A stretch of 64,000 nt of DNA, taken from a virus. The stretch lies in the IMG/VR virus record IMGVR_UViG_3300010413_000005, positions 1 to 64,000 of that record. The stretch is one strand, 5' to 3'. A program made the translations under genes and the position numbers. The notes under the pieces are model-generated. The model was not told the origin of the DNA, ran no database searches, and saw only the letters and a list, made by a program, of their open reading frames with translations. This document shows, in pieces, positions 1 through 9,286 of the stretch (its first letter is position 1; each line of letters begins with the position of its first letter).

Positions 1-43
1 TCCATTCGAATCTCCTTTATACTGTATTTGTATCGTTAAGTAG

Positions 44-72
44 AATATATGAGAATCGACCAACGAAGTAAA
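44..72 (-). promoter_or_regulatory. sigma70-type promoter for a gene starting at the left window edge
   Basis: Minus strand reads TTTACT-N17-TATATT, with an upstream A-tract and a downstream AGGAGATTCGAATG RBS/start. Confidence 0.55.
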
Positions 73-106
73 GCCAACGTGGCTATTTTTTTTCAAAATA
101 AATTGA

Positions 107-661
107 TTATTCGAAGAACGCGCTGCCTACCAGATCGCACATACCCCTGTAAAGCGCGATCGTCATATCTACGTCGCCGGCCGCGGAGTGCGCAGCGGAG
201 ATATCGATGCAGAAGTATTCGCACAGCTGAGTCAGCTTACAGCCGCATTCCGGTATTACTCCGATGTCTTGTAGGAAACGGCCTATCACGGATGTGTCAA
301 CGAAGCGTCTCGAGAACGGAAATTTCAGTCCGTTAGACTTGTAAATGCGACCCAAAAAATCCTTGTCGAACGGAAGATTGTGTCCGCCTAATACGGCGTA
401 ATTCAATTCTTCGTACTTCACAATCAGATTGCCGATATCGTACGCGACCGTACGCGCATCTTTCCAAGGCAAATCGGCGCGCAGATCGATTTGGTTGACG
501 GCCATAGCTTCCGGACTAATCGACATAGGATCCTCTTTCACGTACGCGTGATATCGGTCCGTGATCTCTCCTTCGTGCAATCGAGCTATGGCGACTTCGA
601 TTACAGAATAGACTTCGTGGTCCAACCCTCCGGTTTCCGTATCTACAAACCAAATTGACAT
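107..661 (-). CDS. DEDDh 3'-5' exonuclease (DnaQ/epsilon-like)
   Basis: Exo motifs VDTETGG, GHNLPFD and HSAAGD. Confidence 0.9.
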   Translation of the reverse strand: MSIWFVDTETGGLDHEVYSVIEVAIARLHEGEITDRYHAYVKEDPMSISPEAMAVNQIDLRADLPWKDARTVAYDIGNLIVKYEELNYAVLGGHNLPFDKDFLGRIYKSNGLKFPFSRRFVDTSVIGRFLQDIGVIPECGCKLTQLCEYFCIDISAAHSAAGDVDMTIALYRGMCDLVGSAFFE

Positions 662-662
662 A

Positions 663-902
663 TTACAATTTCCCCAGTTCTTTTGAAGTTGGTATGGCTA
701 TTGAGATCGATACGCTCGGCGCCGGCCGAACGTGATGCGACTCGTGTATGGTTTTGATTCTTCTTGTTTCTTCGGCGAAACAAAGAACGAAGTCGTTAGG
801 TTTGGCATAGAATTCGTTCAACGATGCGATACGACGATACAACACTCCTTCGTATCGGAAGAAATCACCGTTCTCAATCTTGTCCAGTTCGACTTCATCC
901 AT
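663..902 (-). CDS. hypothetical protein
   Basis: Tightly packed in the minus-strand gene run. Confidence 0.6.
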   Translation of the reverse strand: MDEVELDKIENGDFFRYEGVLYRRIASLNEFYAKPNDFVLCFAEETRRIKTIHESHHVRPAPSVSISIAIPTSKELGKL

Positions 903-1233
903 TTTTCAACTCTGCCATTTTGTCCGTGTAGGCCTGCGAGATTTGCTTCATCTCATCTTCTGTCGCGTCGCCGGAGCGGATGAATAACAATCTTGTGACT
1001 GCGGAGTTGGCGTGTTCGGAGGCGACAACGTGGTCTATTCGATTATTCATCGCTTCCAAAGCGTTCGTAATCGGACTAATTGTCGATGAATACGCTTTTA
1101 GTTGTTGTTCTTGCAACTCGAGCAACCGCCGTAAACGATTCAATTTCTTGACGTTCCTCCGTAGAATCAACAATATAACCACTACAACAATTGCCATCAA
1201 ATATTCGTACATATCATTCTCCTTCGAAATCAC
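895..1233 (-). CDS. membrane-anchored coiled-coil protein
   Basis: N-terminal hydrophobic helix LMAIVVVVILLIL followed by a heptad-like region. Confidence 0.65.
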   Translation of the reverse strand: MISKENDMYEYLMAIVVVVILLILRRNVKKLNRLRRLLELQEQQLKAYSSTISPITNALEAMNNRIDHVVASEHANSAVTRLLFIRSGDATEDEMKQISQAYTDKMAELKNG

Positions 1234-1555
1234 AGTAATCGGTTTCCAATCTACAGTTGTCCAACGGACTATAAGCGTCGATACCGTTGGTTGACGCTTT
1301 AACCGCCTTGAACACCAAACGTCTGAACGACCGGAACCAAGGGTGGCAGTTGTGTTCCACGTTCACCCTTCCTTCTACGAACGCGATCAAATTGGTTATC
1401 GGATCATGCTCTGGATGGTTGTCGTTCTCGAATCTGATTTTGTGACGACATCGAGGGCAAGTCAAATACGCTCCCTTGACCCATCCAGTAGACTTGTCCC
1501 TCACCAGATTGAGATGAGACATTAGCGTGCAATATGTGGTTCTGGATATTACCAT
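1214..1555 (-). CDS. hypothetical protein with CxxC
   Basis: CPRC motif; overlaps both neighbours. Confidence 0.55.
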   Translation of the reverse strand: MVISRTTYCTLMSHLNLVRDKSTGWVKGAYLTCPRCRHKIRFENDNHPEHDPITNLIAFVEGRVNVEHNCHPWFRSFRRLVFKAVKASTNGIDAYSPLDNCRLETDYCDFEGE

Positions 1556-2058
1556 TTTTTCACCTGTGCTGGCATATTGAATCTAAACAGGGCCTTGTTC
1601 GGATCGGATATCTCTTCCAAAGTAGTGTAATAGTGATCTTGCCACTTGTCAGCTGGCATTCCGGAGAAAAGCATAATGTCCTCCGGATACTTCTTCGAAA
1701 CGGTTGGGCGCCGCGGAACATTGTTGCAAGCGTCGAATATGAAAGTTGGCATGCTTTTCGCTATCGCGATTCCCAACTCTACGAACACGCCGTGATTCGG
1801 AGGAGTTCCGTTTACCACTGCCATCAACACATCGGATTTCAAAATATCCGTTATGTTGTCGCGCGCGATATTGAAATCGTCACCCTCTCCGTAAAGAAAA
1901 TGCGATTGTCCGTTGCGATTGAACGGATTCCACACTTCATATCCGATTTCTTGCAATCGCCTGGCCAACTCTGCCAATAACCACTTGTTGCCGTTTCCCG
2001 GAAATCCTTCCGAGTTGGACAAATACAATACACGCCGTAGTCGCAACGGAGTGTTCAC
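1549..2058 (-). CDS. nucleoside 2-deoxyribosyltransferase family protein
   Basis: LYLS...GYEVWNP...SDVLMAVVNG...GVFVELGIA pattern, including the catalytic Glu. Confidence 0.8.
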   Translation of the reverse strand: MNTPLRLRRVLYLSNSEGFPGNGNKWLLAELARRLQEIGYEVWNPFNRNGQSHFLYGEGDDFNIARDNITDILKSDVLMAVVNGTPPNHGVFVELGIAIAKSMPTFIFDACNNVPRRPTVSKKYPEDIMLFSGMPADKWQDHYYTTLEEISDPNKALFRFNMPAQVKKW

Positions 2059-2062
2059 GATA

Positions 2063-2650
2063 CTATCCTATGGGCAGGCATTCGTCTTCTTCTGAAACCG
2101 AATCGGACGAATCGTTGGGGATGTCGATGAAGTCTTTGGCGTTGTCTGCGATCATCATCGCGTAGTTGGCCAAGTTGATACATTTTCGAATGAATCTTTG
2201 AATCGCTTCTGTGTCGCTCCCACCTCGATTGTGCATACGGTGAAGCAGCCTTATCGACGCTACACACTCTGAAGCGGAATCGATAAGCGATTTGATTGAT
2301 CGTTCTTTCCACCCGCCCTTGAAATCGTTCTGACGAAGTATCTCCTCCATGTTCATCGAGAACCAGTCCAGAACCGGTCGAATAACCAAGCCGTATCTCT
2401 TTGGTTTCTTTTCTTCCGGATCCGGCCGTACGTTGAACGCAATCACGTCCTTGTGTACGTATTCGATTTGGGCATACCCTTCGAACGGAGACGTTGCAGC
2501 GTTCAAGTTACGTTGCATCCAAACGGCATATCCGTTGTTGACCAATGCGTTGATTACTTGGTTGGATTGATTTTCCGAATAAACCGTGAGCGTTTTCAAG
2601 TACAACGCCGGATCAGACTTGCGTATCATCGTTTCCATTTCCTCTCCCAT
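2063..2650 (-). CDS. hypothetical phage protein
   Basis: C-terminal helical domain NDFKGGW...NLANYAMMIAD; operonic position. Confidence 0.65.
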   Translation of the reverse strand: MGEEMETMIRKSDPALYLKTLTVYSENQSNQVINALVNNGYAVWMQRNLNAATSPFEGYAQIEYVHKDVIAFNVRPDPEEKKPKRYGLVIRPVLDWFSMNMEEILRQNDFKGGWKERSIKSLIDSASECVASIRLLHRMHNRGGSDTEAIQRFIRKCINLANYAMMIADNAKDFIDIPNDSSDSVSEEDECLPIG

Positions 2651-3182
2651 GTTGGTGCGCGTAGTGGTACATGTTCAAGAGCTGTACGCGTTTTTCGTCG
2701 CGTGGCAGTCTACTTCTTCTGTATATCCTATCTCCGGTCCCTGTCCGCCCTTCTGATCTAATCAGAACGAAGTGTGTGTCGTCGAAACAAATCATATATT
2801 GCAGATTCGAACAGTTGTAAACGCGACCGAGTTCGAAGTTGATATCCCGTAGCACTCCGCGACCGTCTGCCGCTTCTACCTCTATGCTCCTGTGGGTTTG
2901 GGTGTCAACGACCTTTTCTTGATTGTAATACCAACCTCTAATCGCTGACCACAACAGGCCGGCCGCGACCTCTTGGACTTCATTCAAGAGCAATGTGCGA
3001 CTCGGAGCGTGAATGGTAACGTTGGATACCACTTTGTCCGCGACCGCGATATGCGTTCTGGCTGAAGCAAGTTCGTCCGCCTCCGCGTATATCGACCACT
3101 TCACCGGATCGTTTCCCTCCGCGTAAAACGTATCTCCGTCCACCGACAAATGCACCGGTGGAAGTATCAATTCTCCGAACAT
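2613..3182 (-). CDS. hypothetical protein
   Basis: AAGGAGAG RBS before the ATG. Confidence 0.65.
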   Translation of the reverse strand: MFGELILPPVHLSVDGDTFYAEGNDPVKWSIYAEADELASARTHIAVADKVVSNVTIHAPSRTLLLNEVQEVAAGLLWSAIRGWYYNQEKVVDTQTHRSIEVEAADGRGVLRDINFELGRVYNCSNLQYMICFDDTHFVLIRSEGRTGTGDRIYRRSRLPRDEKRVQLLNMYHYAHQHGRGNGNDDTQV

Positions 3183-3212
3183 TTCGCTCTCCTTGTTATT
3201 GTTACGTGTGCG

Positions 3213-3299
3213 TCAATCCATGTAACGGTGTTTACCTACCAGATAACACGCCACAGCGATTGCGAACATAATGGCGTATGCGATTGATTGTTCATCCAT
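3213..3299 (-). CDS. 28-aa membrane peptide (not in the ORF track)
   Basis: AGGAGG RBS; MDEQSIAYAIMFAIAVACYLVGKHRYMD. Confidence 0.45.
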   Translation of the reverse strand: MDEQSIAYAIMFAIAVACYLVGKHRYMD

Positions 3300-3330
3300 T
3301 ACTACCTCCTACCTAGGTGGGTACAATACC

Positions 3331-3355
3331 TACCTTTTCAAACCTTTACCTACCT
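3331..3355. repeat. dispersed repeat TACCTTTTCAAACCTTTMCCTACCT, copy 1
   Basis: Matches copies at 4732, 4773, 5754 and 21083 with one mismatch. Confidence 0.9.
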
Positions 3356-4204
3356 GTGTTGCAAAACCACCTTTTGTAAAATGCAATTCCCGGTAGGGTT
3401 TTGAACGCATCTACGGAAGTTGAACCCGTATTCTTCGGTTGTCTTGTCTAGAGAAATATCCCACGGACAGATTATCCGGCGACCGTCCGGTAGAATGTTT
3501 AGATAGCGACATGTCCTATGTTCCGGTTGGCCAGTTGTGAGCACTCCGCGACGCGATATGTGGAAAGTCATAGGCTCGTGCCAACGTTCGATAAAACTCC
3601 GTACGATGTGCGCGTATTCGTACAGCGCAATTGTGTCCTGCGTATCTTCCCAATAGTTGCCGCTCGCTACGATATCCCGGATCGAAGTGATGTACATCGA
3701 ATCGCAACCCAAATCGTATTTCGCCGCCTGCGCTACATCGAACAAATCGTGCTTGTTGTATTGGTCTAGCGTAAAAACGAGCATGAACGGGAAATTGGAT
3801 TTGCTAAGCTTGGATAGCGATTTCCACTTTGTGTGCTTTCCGCACACGCTCAACCTGATGCTGGGTTCGTATTCCGCGCAACGTTCCAGCGCGTCCATGT
3901 TGGCCCCGTTGGTGTAGATAGTCGTTTTCAATCCGTAGACCGAATTCATCTGCACCATGGACAACAGGTCCGGATGTAGACTCGGTTCTCCTCCTATCAA
4001 TATGACGCGTTCGGCCGTATTCAGATAGCGACAAACGATTTTATCGTAATCTCGAATCGGCATATCGCGCTCTCCGAGGTGCTTCCGGAAGAAACACGTA
4101 CCACACACCGCGTTGCATCTGCCGGTAATGAATACCTGCAAAGTTGGGATCGGTTTGCGCGGAATCTCCGTCCATTTGCTCTTATCGTACTTCAATTCTA
4201 TCAC
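3350..4204 (-). CDS. radical SAM protein
   Basis: CNAVCGTC (CxxxCxxC), IGGEP, YTNG and a C-terminal SPASM/twitch-like Cys pattern. Confidence 0.9.
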   Translation of the reverse strand: MIELKYDKSKWTEIPRKPIPTLQVFITGRCNAVCGTCFFRKHLGERDMPIRDYDKIVCRYLNTAERVILIGGEPSLHPDLLSMVQMNSVYGLKTTIYTNGANMDALERCAEYEPSIRLSVCGKHTKWKSLSKLSKSNFPFMLVFTLDQYNKHDLFDVAQAAKYDLGCDSMYITSIRDIVASGNYWEDTQDTIALYEYAHIVRSFIERWHEPMTFHISRRGVLTTGQPEHRTCRYLNILPDGRRIICPWDISLDKTTEEYGFNFRRCVQNPTGNCILQKVVLQHR

Positions 4205-4206
4205 AT

Positions 4207-4521
4207 CTATTCTCTTGTTCGGTCCGGATCAACGTTAACGAAGTTCTCTGCCTCTGCTACGATTTCTTTCCCCAATCGTACAATTCGAGCGTCCATAATC
4301 CGGATGGCGGCATTTGTGATTTTGCTCCAATCTCCGTCCAGAACTTCGTCTATGGAAGACTTGATCAACGACGCCATCTCCTTGTCCATGTGCTCTAAAT
4401 CAATTCCGTTTGTCATCTTCATAATGGACAATCTATTGCGGAGCTCTCGACATTTGGCCAATTCAGCTAACAGTTGTATCAGATCGCGGTGCGCTTGGTT
4501 TCTGTAAGCTTCGATCTCCAT
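4207..4521 (-). CDS. hypothetical protein
   Basis: GAAGGAG RBS; tight packing. Confidence 0.6.
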   Translation of the reverse strand: MEIEAYRNQAHRDLIQLLAELAKCRELRNRLSIMKMTNGIDLEHMDKEMASLIKSSIDEVLDGDWSKITNAAIRIMDARIVRLGKEIVAEAENFVNVDPDRTRE

Positions 4522-4522
4522 G

Positions 4523-4726
4523 TTATCGCTCCTTCGCTCGAGATTCGTACGGAGGCAGCACTTTGCGTCGCCGTCCGCCGAATACTAAATATGCTTTGTT
4601 GGTGAATCTAGGTTCTTGCGGAAGGCTGTCTAGGTGTTCCACGGAAAAGTAGGTTCGTGCCCAACCGTTCGCGAAGTCCTCCGCGGCGATCTTTTCTTCC
4701 TTCGTTACCCTACCTCTGTTGCCCAC
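4523..4726 (-). CDS. hypothetical protein
   Basis: GTG start immediately downstream of the repeat element. Confidence 0.5.
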   Translation of the reverse strand: MGNRGRVTKEEKIAAEDFANGWARTYFSVEHLDSLPQEPRFTNKAYLVFGGRRRKVLPPYESRAKER

Positions 4727-4731
4727 GTACT

Positions 4732-4802
4732 TACCTTTTCAAACCTTTCCCTACCTCGGTGGGTACGTTACCTACCTTTTCAAACCTTTCCCTACCTCGG
4801 TG
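4732..4802. repeat. two tandem copies of the dispersed repeat (period 41)
   Basis: TACCTTTTCAAACCTTTCCCTACCTCGGTG at 4732-4761 and 4773-4802. Confidence 0.95.
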
Positions 4803-5414
4803 CTACAATTCTTCCCTGGCGTATTTGGTCGCACCAGCGCGCGCTTCGTCTCGAGTGTTGTACGGACCGTGCAAAGAGGTCCAAATCTCGTCGAAGAAGA
4901 ACCACAGTCCGCAATATTGTATAGTCGGATCGCTTTTATATTGACGATTCGATTGTGGCTCTCCCAACGTCATCATTTCTTCGTCCGAAAGCCAATGCGG
5001 ATTGACGTTCAATTGGACGACTTCCTGTTCTACCGGAGGCGGATTCTTCTCGAATTCTTCGTTGTGGAAGTTGGAGATGGCGTCCAATATCGCGTCCACG
5101 AATGCATCCGGATTGTTCCACGGAAGATTCTTTATCCTATTCGCCGCCTTTCTCGCAGCGACTCGAGCACCCGTATGCAGATTGTCCGGATTGAATACGT
5201 TGGCCATGTCTCTATGGTCCAGTTCAAATACCACGCGGCGCTTTTTCAGATCGACTTTCCTTATCATCGGTTGCCCCTTGACAGCCGTTTGGCTTCTGCG
5301 ATCGTGTTGCGACGTGCTTCGTCCGCCCTTCCGACTGTGTATCCGAGATACGCGGTCAAGAAGTTCGCGAACAACAATAAAACAACTCCAATTTCGTATG
5401 CGTTCATCGTTCAC
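4803..5414 (-). CDS. hypothetical protein with a C-terminal W-aromatic...GPY module (start probably internal)
   Basis: LWFFFDEIWTSLHGPYNTRDEA resembles the repeats in the 9707 gene. Confidence 0.6.
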   Translation of the reverse strand: MNDERIRNWSCFIVVRELLDRVSRIHSRKGGRSTSQHDRRSQTAVKGQPMIRKVDLKKRRVVFELDHRDMANVFNPDNLHTGARVAARKAANRIKNLPWNNPDAFVDAILDAISNFHNEEFEKNPPPVEQEVVQLNVNPHWLSDEEMMTLGEPQSNRQYKSDPTIQYCGLWFFFDEIWTSLHGPYNTRDEARAGATKYAREEL

Positions 5415-5647
5415 TCCATATCGAATATAGTCTTCGCGTATTCCGCTTTACGCTTGTACGCTATGAAATCTTTTACGTTGCCGCGATAGCACGCTTCTAA
5501 CGTCTCCGCGTCCAGCCGGTATCCCGGACAACTCGAGAGCAGTTCTCCTTCTCCGGCGCCGCACACCGTACAATAAGCCAACTCGCCTTCTCCGACGAAA
5601 GTCAACTTGTGCCGATGTACGGCTCCCGGTCCTCTGCGTACGGGCAA
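5411..5647 (-). CDS. small Cys-rich hypothetical protein
   Basis: CTVC...SCPG; ATGA overlap with the next gene. Confidence 0.5.
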   Translation of the reverse strand: MPVRRGPGAVHRHKLTFVGEGELAYCTVCGAGEGELLSSCPGYRLDAETLEACYRGNVKDFIAYKRKAEYAKTIFDME

Positions 5648-5753
5648 CGTTTACCCTCTCGGTTTGCCGATAATGCACCCGAACAACTGATGCGTTATTA
5701 ATTTCGAAGCTGCGTTGTACATCTTAGTCTCCTACTCCAGTGGTCGTGATACC

Positions 5754-5778
5754 TACCTTTTCAAACCTTTCCCTACCT
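5754..5778. repeat. dispersed repeat, copy 4
   Basis: TACCTTTTCAAACCTTTCCCTACCT. Confidence 0.9.
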
Positions 5779-5871
5779 TTACCGCGATCAACCGGCGATG
5801 AACTCGTCGACTACGGTCCGGAGCTCTGTCGAGTTCCGAGTGATGCGTAGATCGACAATGAGAATGGCTTC

Positions 5872-6069
5872 TCAACCTACCTTCGTTCCGGGCAAGTTCT
5901 CGTCGAACCACGCGTTCGTTCTCGCGTCCACTCTCTCCTTCGCCACGTCATACGCGCTCCGGAACCCTTCCAGCCCACCGCTGTCGTCGAACTCCGCCTT
6001 CTCAACAATCCGCTCATGCAAGCTCTCATAGTTGATGTTTCGCGTGAATGTCAATATCTTCCCTGCCAT
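5872..6069 (-). CDS. hypothetical protein (may be truncated by a premature TGA)
   Basis: AGGAGG RBS; the frame stays open and protein-like for 27 codons after the TGA. Confidence 0.55.
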   Translation of the reverse strand: MAGKILTFTRNINYESLHERIVEKAEFDDSGGLEGFRSAYDVAKERVDARTNAWFDENLPGTKVG

Positions 6070-6257
6070 GCCATCCTCCTACTGAATCCGTAGGTCGCTT
6101 TTCCGAATCCGGCGCCGGTAGTCCGGAGGAGCGAAGCGACGATAACAATCCGGCGTATCAACGTGATAGTAACCGGTCGGATAGTTCCGGAGCTGAAACT
6201 ATTTCGAGTTGTAGATGGGAGGCACGTTGGCTGGGAGCTCAACGGGATGCAATGCGA

Positions 6258-7476
6258 TGTTTTATAATATTGTAAGCGCTTCGTCGTTTATTTACAAAGT
6301 AAGTTGTGCGCGATGTTTTATAATAATGTAAGCGGTGTAGGGTTGTTTTGGGGGTGGCTGGGCGTCGATAGTTGTGAAGTTGGTGAGTTGTCCCGTTTGT
6401 TAGCTTTGTTTTATAATATTGTAAGCGCCCACTTCGGTATAAACAATATATATTGATAGATTTGTTTTATAATATTGTAAGCGCTTCGTTGACCGATAAT
6501 AGATAAAATAAAAATAGTTGGGGCGAAAAATGGTCATCTGCTGCACTGGTCACACACCAGCCAGCGAGAGCCACACCCCATCGGTTTTTGCCACAGTGGG
6601 GGATACGCCAACATATATTGGATAGGCAGTAGTCCTACGTCCCTTTGTCTATTGTCTATTATCCAACTTACATTGGTTATTCTATATATCGTAGTAGTTT
6701 ATATACGCTATTAGATATTATATTATATATCCAATATACTTTGATCGTCTGGTCGATGTGTTGTGTGTGTCCAGGGGTGGAAGTGTGCGCACACATGGTG
6801 TGTGGGGTGGCAAGCCAGCTATCCACGTATAGTAGATATATACAATCGACAATCGTAGTTCGAACAATCCGCAACCTATTCGAGATTCGAATAGGGCCGG
6901 AGTAATCAGTACGTCTATTCGTTCGTCTAGAATCTCGAGTTGTAGAGTATCCGGAAACGAATAATGTTCATTCTATAGAGAGAGAGTAGCTAACAAATAA
7001 AATCGTAGAAGGGCGCTTACATTATTATAATGCATACGTATATATAGGGGCAGGGCGCTTACATTATTATAAAACATTTCTCCCTTATATAGAGCGATTC
7101 TCGTATAGGGCGTTATAGAGAAGGGCGCGTACGTTCCGGAGAAGGAGCGTATAGGGAGATTTGTATAGGGGTAGTTATCTCTCTCTCGGGAGATTCGGAT
7201 ATTTGTTTGTTTGTTTCACAGGGGAATTTTGGTGCCTACTCTTCGAGCGGCACCAGTGCGATTTCTCGCACCGATCGGCTAGGTGGCTATTTAGGTGTGG
7301 TTTAGGCAGCCTATATTGGAAAATTGGGCGATCTGCAATAGGGCGAAGTGGTGAAAATGTGTGTTTTTAGGCTTGTGGATTCTCGACATCCTACGGGACA
7401 CGCAAACACATTTTTGTGCGCTACGGCCACGATTTATTGGACGTTTTTTCGCGTTTGTTATAAAATAATGTAAGCG
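6258..7476. repeat. non-coding block with seven copies of the TGTTTTATAATAWTGTAAGCG motif (iteron-like)
   Basis: Direct copies at 6258, 6314, 6407 and 6463; inverted copies at 7014-7030 and 7056-7076; a variant at 7456-7476; no credible ORF. Confidence 0.85.
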
Positions 7477-7529
7477 TATTTTAGGATGGAAATTTGTGAG
7501 TTTAGAGATGGGTAACTTTTGTTCCTACC

Positions 7530-7889
7530 TCAAAAACGCACAAATCTGCCGTTCGCTCGAGACAATCCGACGGCGAAGTCAAACAAAGCTTGTGACGAAT
7601 TTGTGGCTGCGCGTTGTAACAAATCGGCGATCTTGCGATTTACACCTACGAACGGAACGACAGCCAGAATTTCCGGTCCTTCGATCGAAGCGTTCTCTAA
7701 AATGCGCCTCCGGAGGTCCGAAATCACGTGTTCCGGGAGAATGGCTGTTTTCGTGATACGGAGGCGCATCGCTTTGAGCATTTCGCGACTTGGAGCGGCG
7801 ACGGCTTGTGCTTTTCGGTCGCCTTCCTTCCAGAGCAACCAAACGATTTCGCCTTCGAACTCAAATTCTGCTTTTATCCAGTCTTTCAT
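7530..7889 (-). CDS. hypothetical protein
   Basis: Last gene of the minus-strand run before the non-coding block. Confidence 0.65.
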   Translation of the reverse strand: MKDWIKAEFEFEGEIVWLLWKEGDRKAQAVAAPSREMLKAMRLRITKTAILPEHVISDLRRRILENASIEGPEILAVVPFVGVNRKIADLLQRAATNSSQALFDFAVGLSRANGRFVRF

Positions 7890-7890
7890 T

Positions 7891-8307
7891 TTATTCAGCC
7901 TTGGCCGGAGCTCCGTAAAACTCGAGTCTCATACGAATGATCCTTCCCAACTCGTGAACCACTTGCGAAGAGTGATAACAACCGTCTGTTTCTACGACGT
8001 AGTTGTGGCTGAAGTAGGCTCCTTGCCAGAATCGCTCGTCTACTTGCGCGATTCTCACTCCCTTGAGCTCGGGACCGAAGATATTGCGCCATTTGATCAA
8101 TCCGTTTTCGTAGTAATCATGAATTCTCGATATAACGGCGCGCCCTTCGGATAGTCTCTCCGTAGGACAGTAAAATGCTTCTCCGCGTCTCCTAAGAACC
8201 ATAGTGAATGGTATATTGGCGAATCCCTTGATCGTTATTTCTTCCGGAAGGATGTTAGCTGATCCTCCCTTCGGTTCTGTGAATTTTTCGTGTTTTTTCA
8301 GTCCCAT
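7891..8307 (-). CDS. hypothetical protein
   Basis: Start moved to the ATG after AGGAGATCGAAAA. Confidence 0.65.
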   Translation of the reverse strand: MGLKKHEKFTEPKGGSANILPEEITIKGFANIPFTMVLRRRGEAFYCPTERLSEGRAVISRIHDYYENGLIKWRNIFGPELKGVRIAQVDERFWQGAYFSHNYVVETDGCYHSSQVVHELGRIIRMRLEFYGAPAKAE

Positions 8308-8320
8308 TTTTCGATCTCCT

Positions 8321-8605
8321 TTACAAAACAACTTCCAAATCTTGGTTTACTCCGCGGCCGTCCGGATAGTAGGCGGAGACCAATCTCTTCACCACTAAGT
8401 CTCCTGCGTTAGGATGCCTTACTACGAATTTCTTCTTTCGCGGATAGAACACTTTCACCATTTTTACCACGTCTTTGATAGAGGCAGACGGATCTGTCAA
8501 TATCATGTGGCTGGTCTTTTTGAAATCGACTATCCAAGCGGCGCACGCTCGAGTATCGATTTTTTTGAACACGGAATCGTATTTTATCTTGCTTTTTATC
8601 AGCAT
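8321..8605 (-). CDS. hypothetical protein
   Basis: AGGAGATCGAAAAATG initiation motif. Confidence 0.65.
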   Translation of the reverse strand: MLIKSKIKYDSVFKKIDTRACAAWIVDFKKTSHMILTDPSASIKDVVKMVKVFYPRKKKFVVRHPNAGDLVVKRLVSAYYPDGRGVNQDLEVVL

Positions 8606-8622
8606 TTTTCGATCTCCTACGA

Positions 8623-9078
8623 TTATTCGAATTCCCTACATGCTTTCGTTTTCAACGTTACGCACAATAGCGGATTTCTCTCGCAATGAACGATTCCGTT
8701 TCCCTCTAATTTGTGCGAAGTGCAATATCCGCAGGTCGCTCCTTCCGGAACCGCAGGAACGTATCCCCAGTCTTCGAGCCATTGACGCCAAGGATGGAGG
8801 TATTCGCGCGGTATCCCGTAGTCGTCTACGTAGTCGTTCTCCACTGATTGTGCTTTTCGCTCGGAGCTCTCGATGAAGTGTATTTTGTCCTCCGGCTTCA
8901 TCGTATAGCACGTAGCGGCGATGTGACAAGCGTACGCCCTTATCACGTCGGCTGCGTCCGCTCGAGTAGAAGTGTGTTTTAGCCTTTTCAAATACCGTTG
9001 CGCTCTCGTTATGGCGTGATTAGGTAAAGCGATCGAGCACTTCTCTACCACCGACTTACGAAAATCCTTGTAACTCAT
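8623..9078 (-). CDS. hypothetical protein with a Cys-rich C-terminus
   Basis: AAGGAG RBS; CGYC...C...C...C. Confidence 0.65.
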   Translation of the reverse strand: MSYKDFRKSVVEKCSIALPNHAITRAQRYLKRLKHTSTRADAADVIRAYACHIAATCYTMKPEDKIHFIESSERKAQSVENDYVDDYGIPREYLHPWRQWLEDWGYVPAVPEGATCGYCTSHKLEGNGIVHCERNPLLCVTLKTKACREFE

Positions 9079-9286
9079 TTTTGAGCTCCTTTTCTCGTTC
9101 TCTCCGGATGTGTTCGTCTACGGACATCTCGATCAAATCCGTGAGATTCATGTCGTTCTTTTCAGCGAAATCCATCCAGCGTCTTTTCTTCTCTCCGGGA
9201 AGTGCCATTTGGATTCGCGCCCTTCGCGGCGTTCTCTTGTATCTGATCATTTTAGAACCTGAAGAATTCGGACGCTCCGCCGTCAT
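9056..9286 (-). CDS. ribbon-helix-helix (CopG/Arc-like) DNA-binding protein
   Basis: RARIQMALP strand followed by two helices (WMDFAEKNDMNLTDLIEMSVDEHI). Confidence 0.65.
   Translation of the reverse strand: MTAERPNSSGSKMIRYKRTPRRARIQMALPGEKKRRWMDFAEKNDMNLTDLIEMSVDEHIRREREKELKNELQGFS

Noticed and set aside
4732-4802. Mini-CRISPR
   Set aside because: There are only two copies with an 11-bp gap; the other copies are dispersed singly at gene boundaries.
5411-5722. Readthrough fusion of a 23-aa ORF (ATG 5722) with the 5411-5647 ORF across an in-frame TAA
   Set aside because: The downstream TTG has its own purine-rich RBS-like sequence, and no motif supports the fusion.
6258-6483. CRISPR-like array (21-bp repeats with two 35-bp gaps)
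   Set aside because: The repeat is short, spacing is irregular (35, 72, 35), copies occur inverted and inside a CDS, and no cas genes are present.
6480-7010. Hairpin telomere (protelomerase site) or structured ncRNA
   Set aside because: Only short palindromes and loose complementarity are visible; no long perfect inverted repeat or recognisable RNA family.
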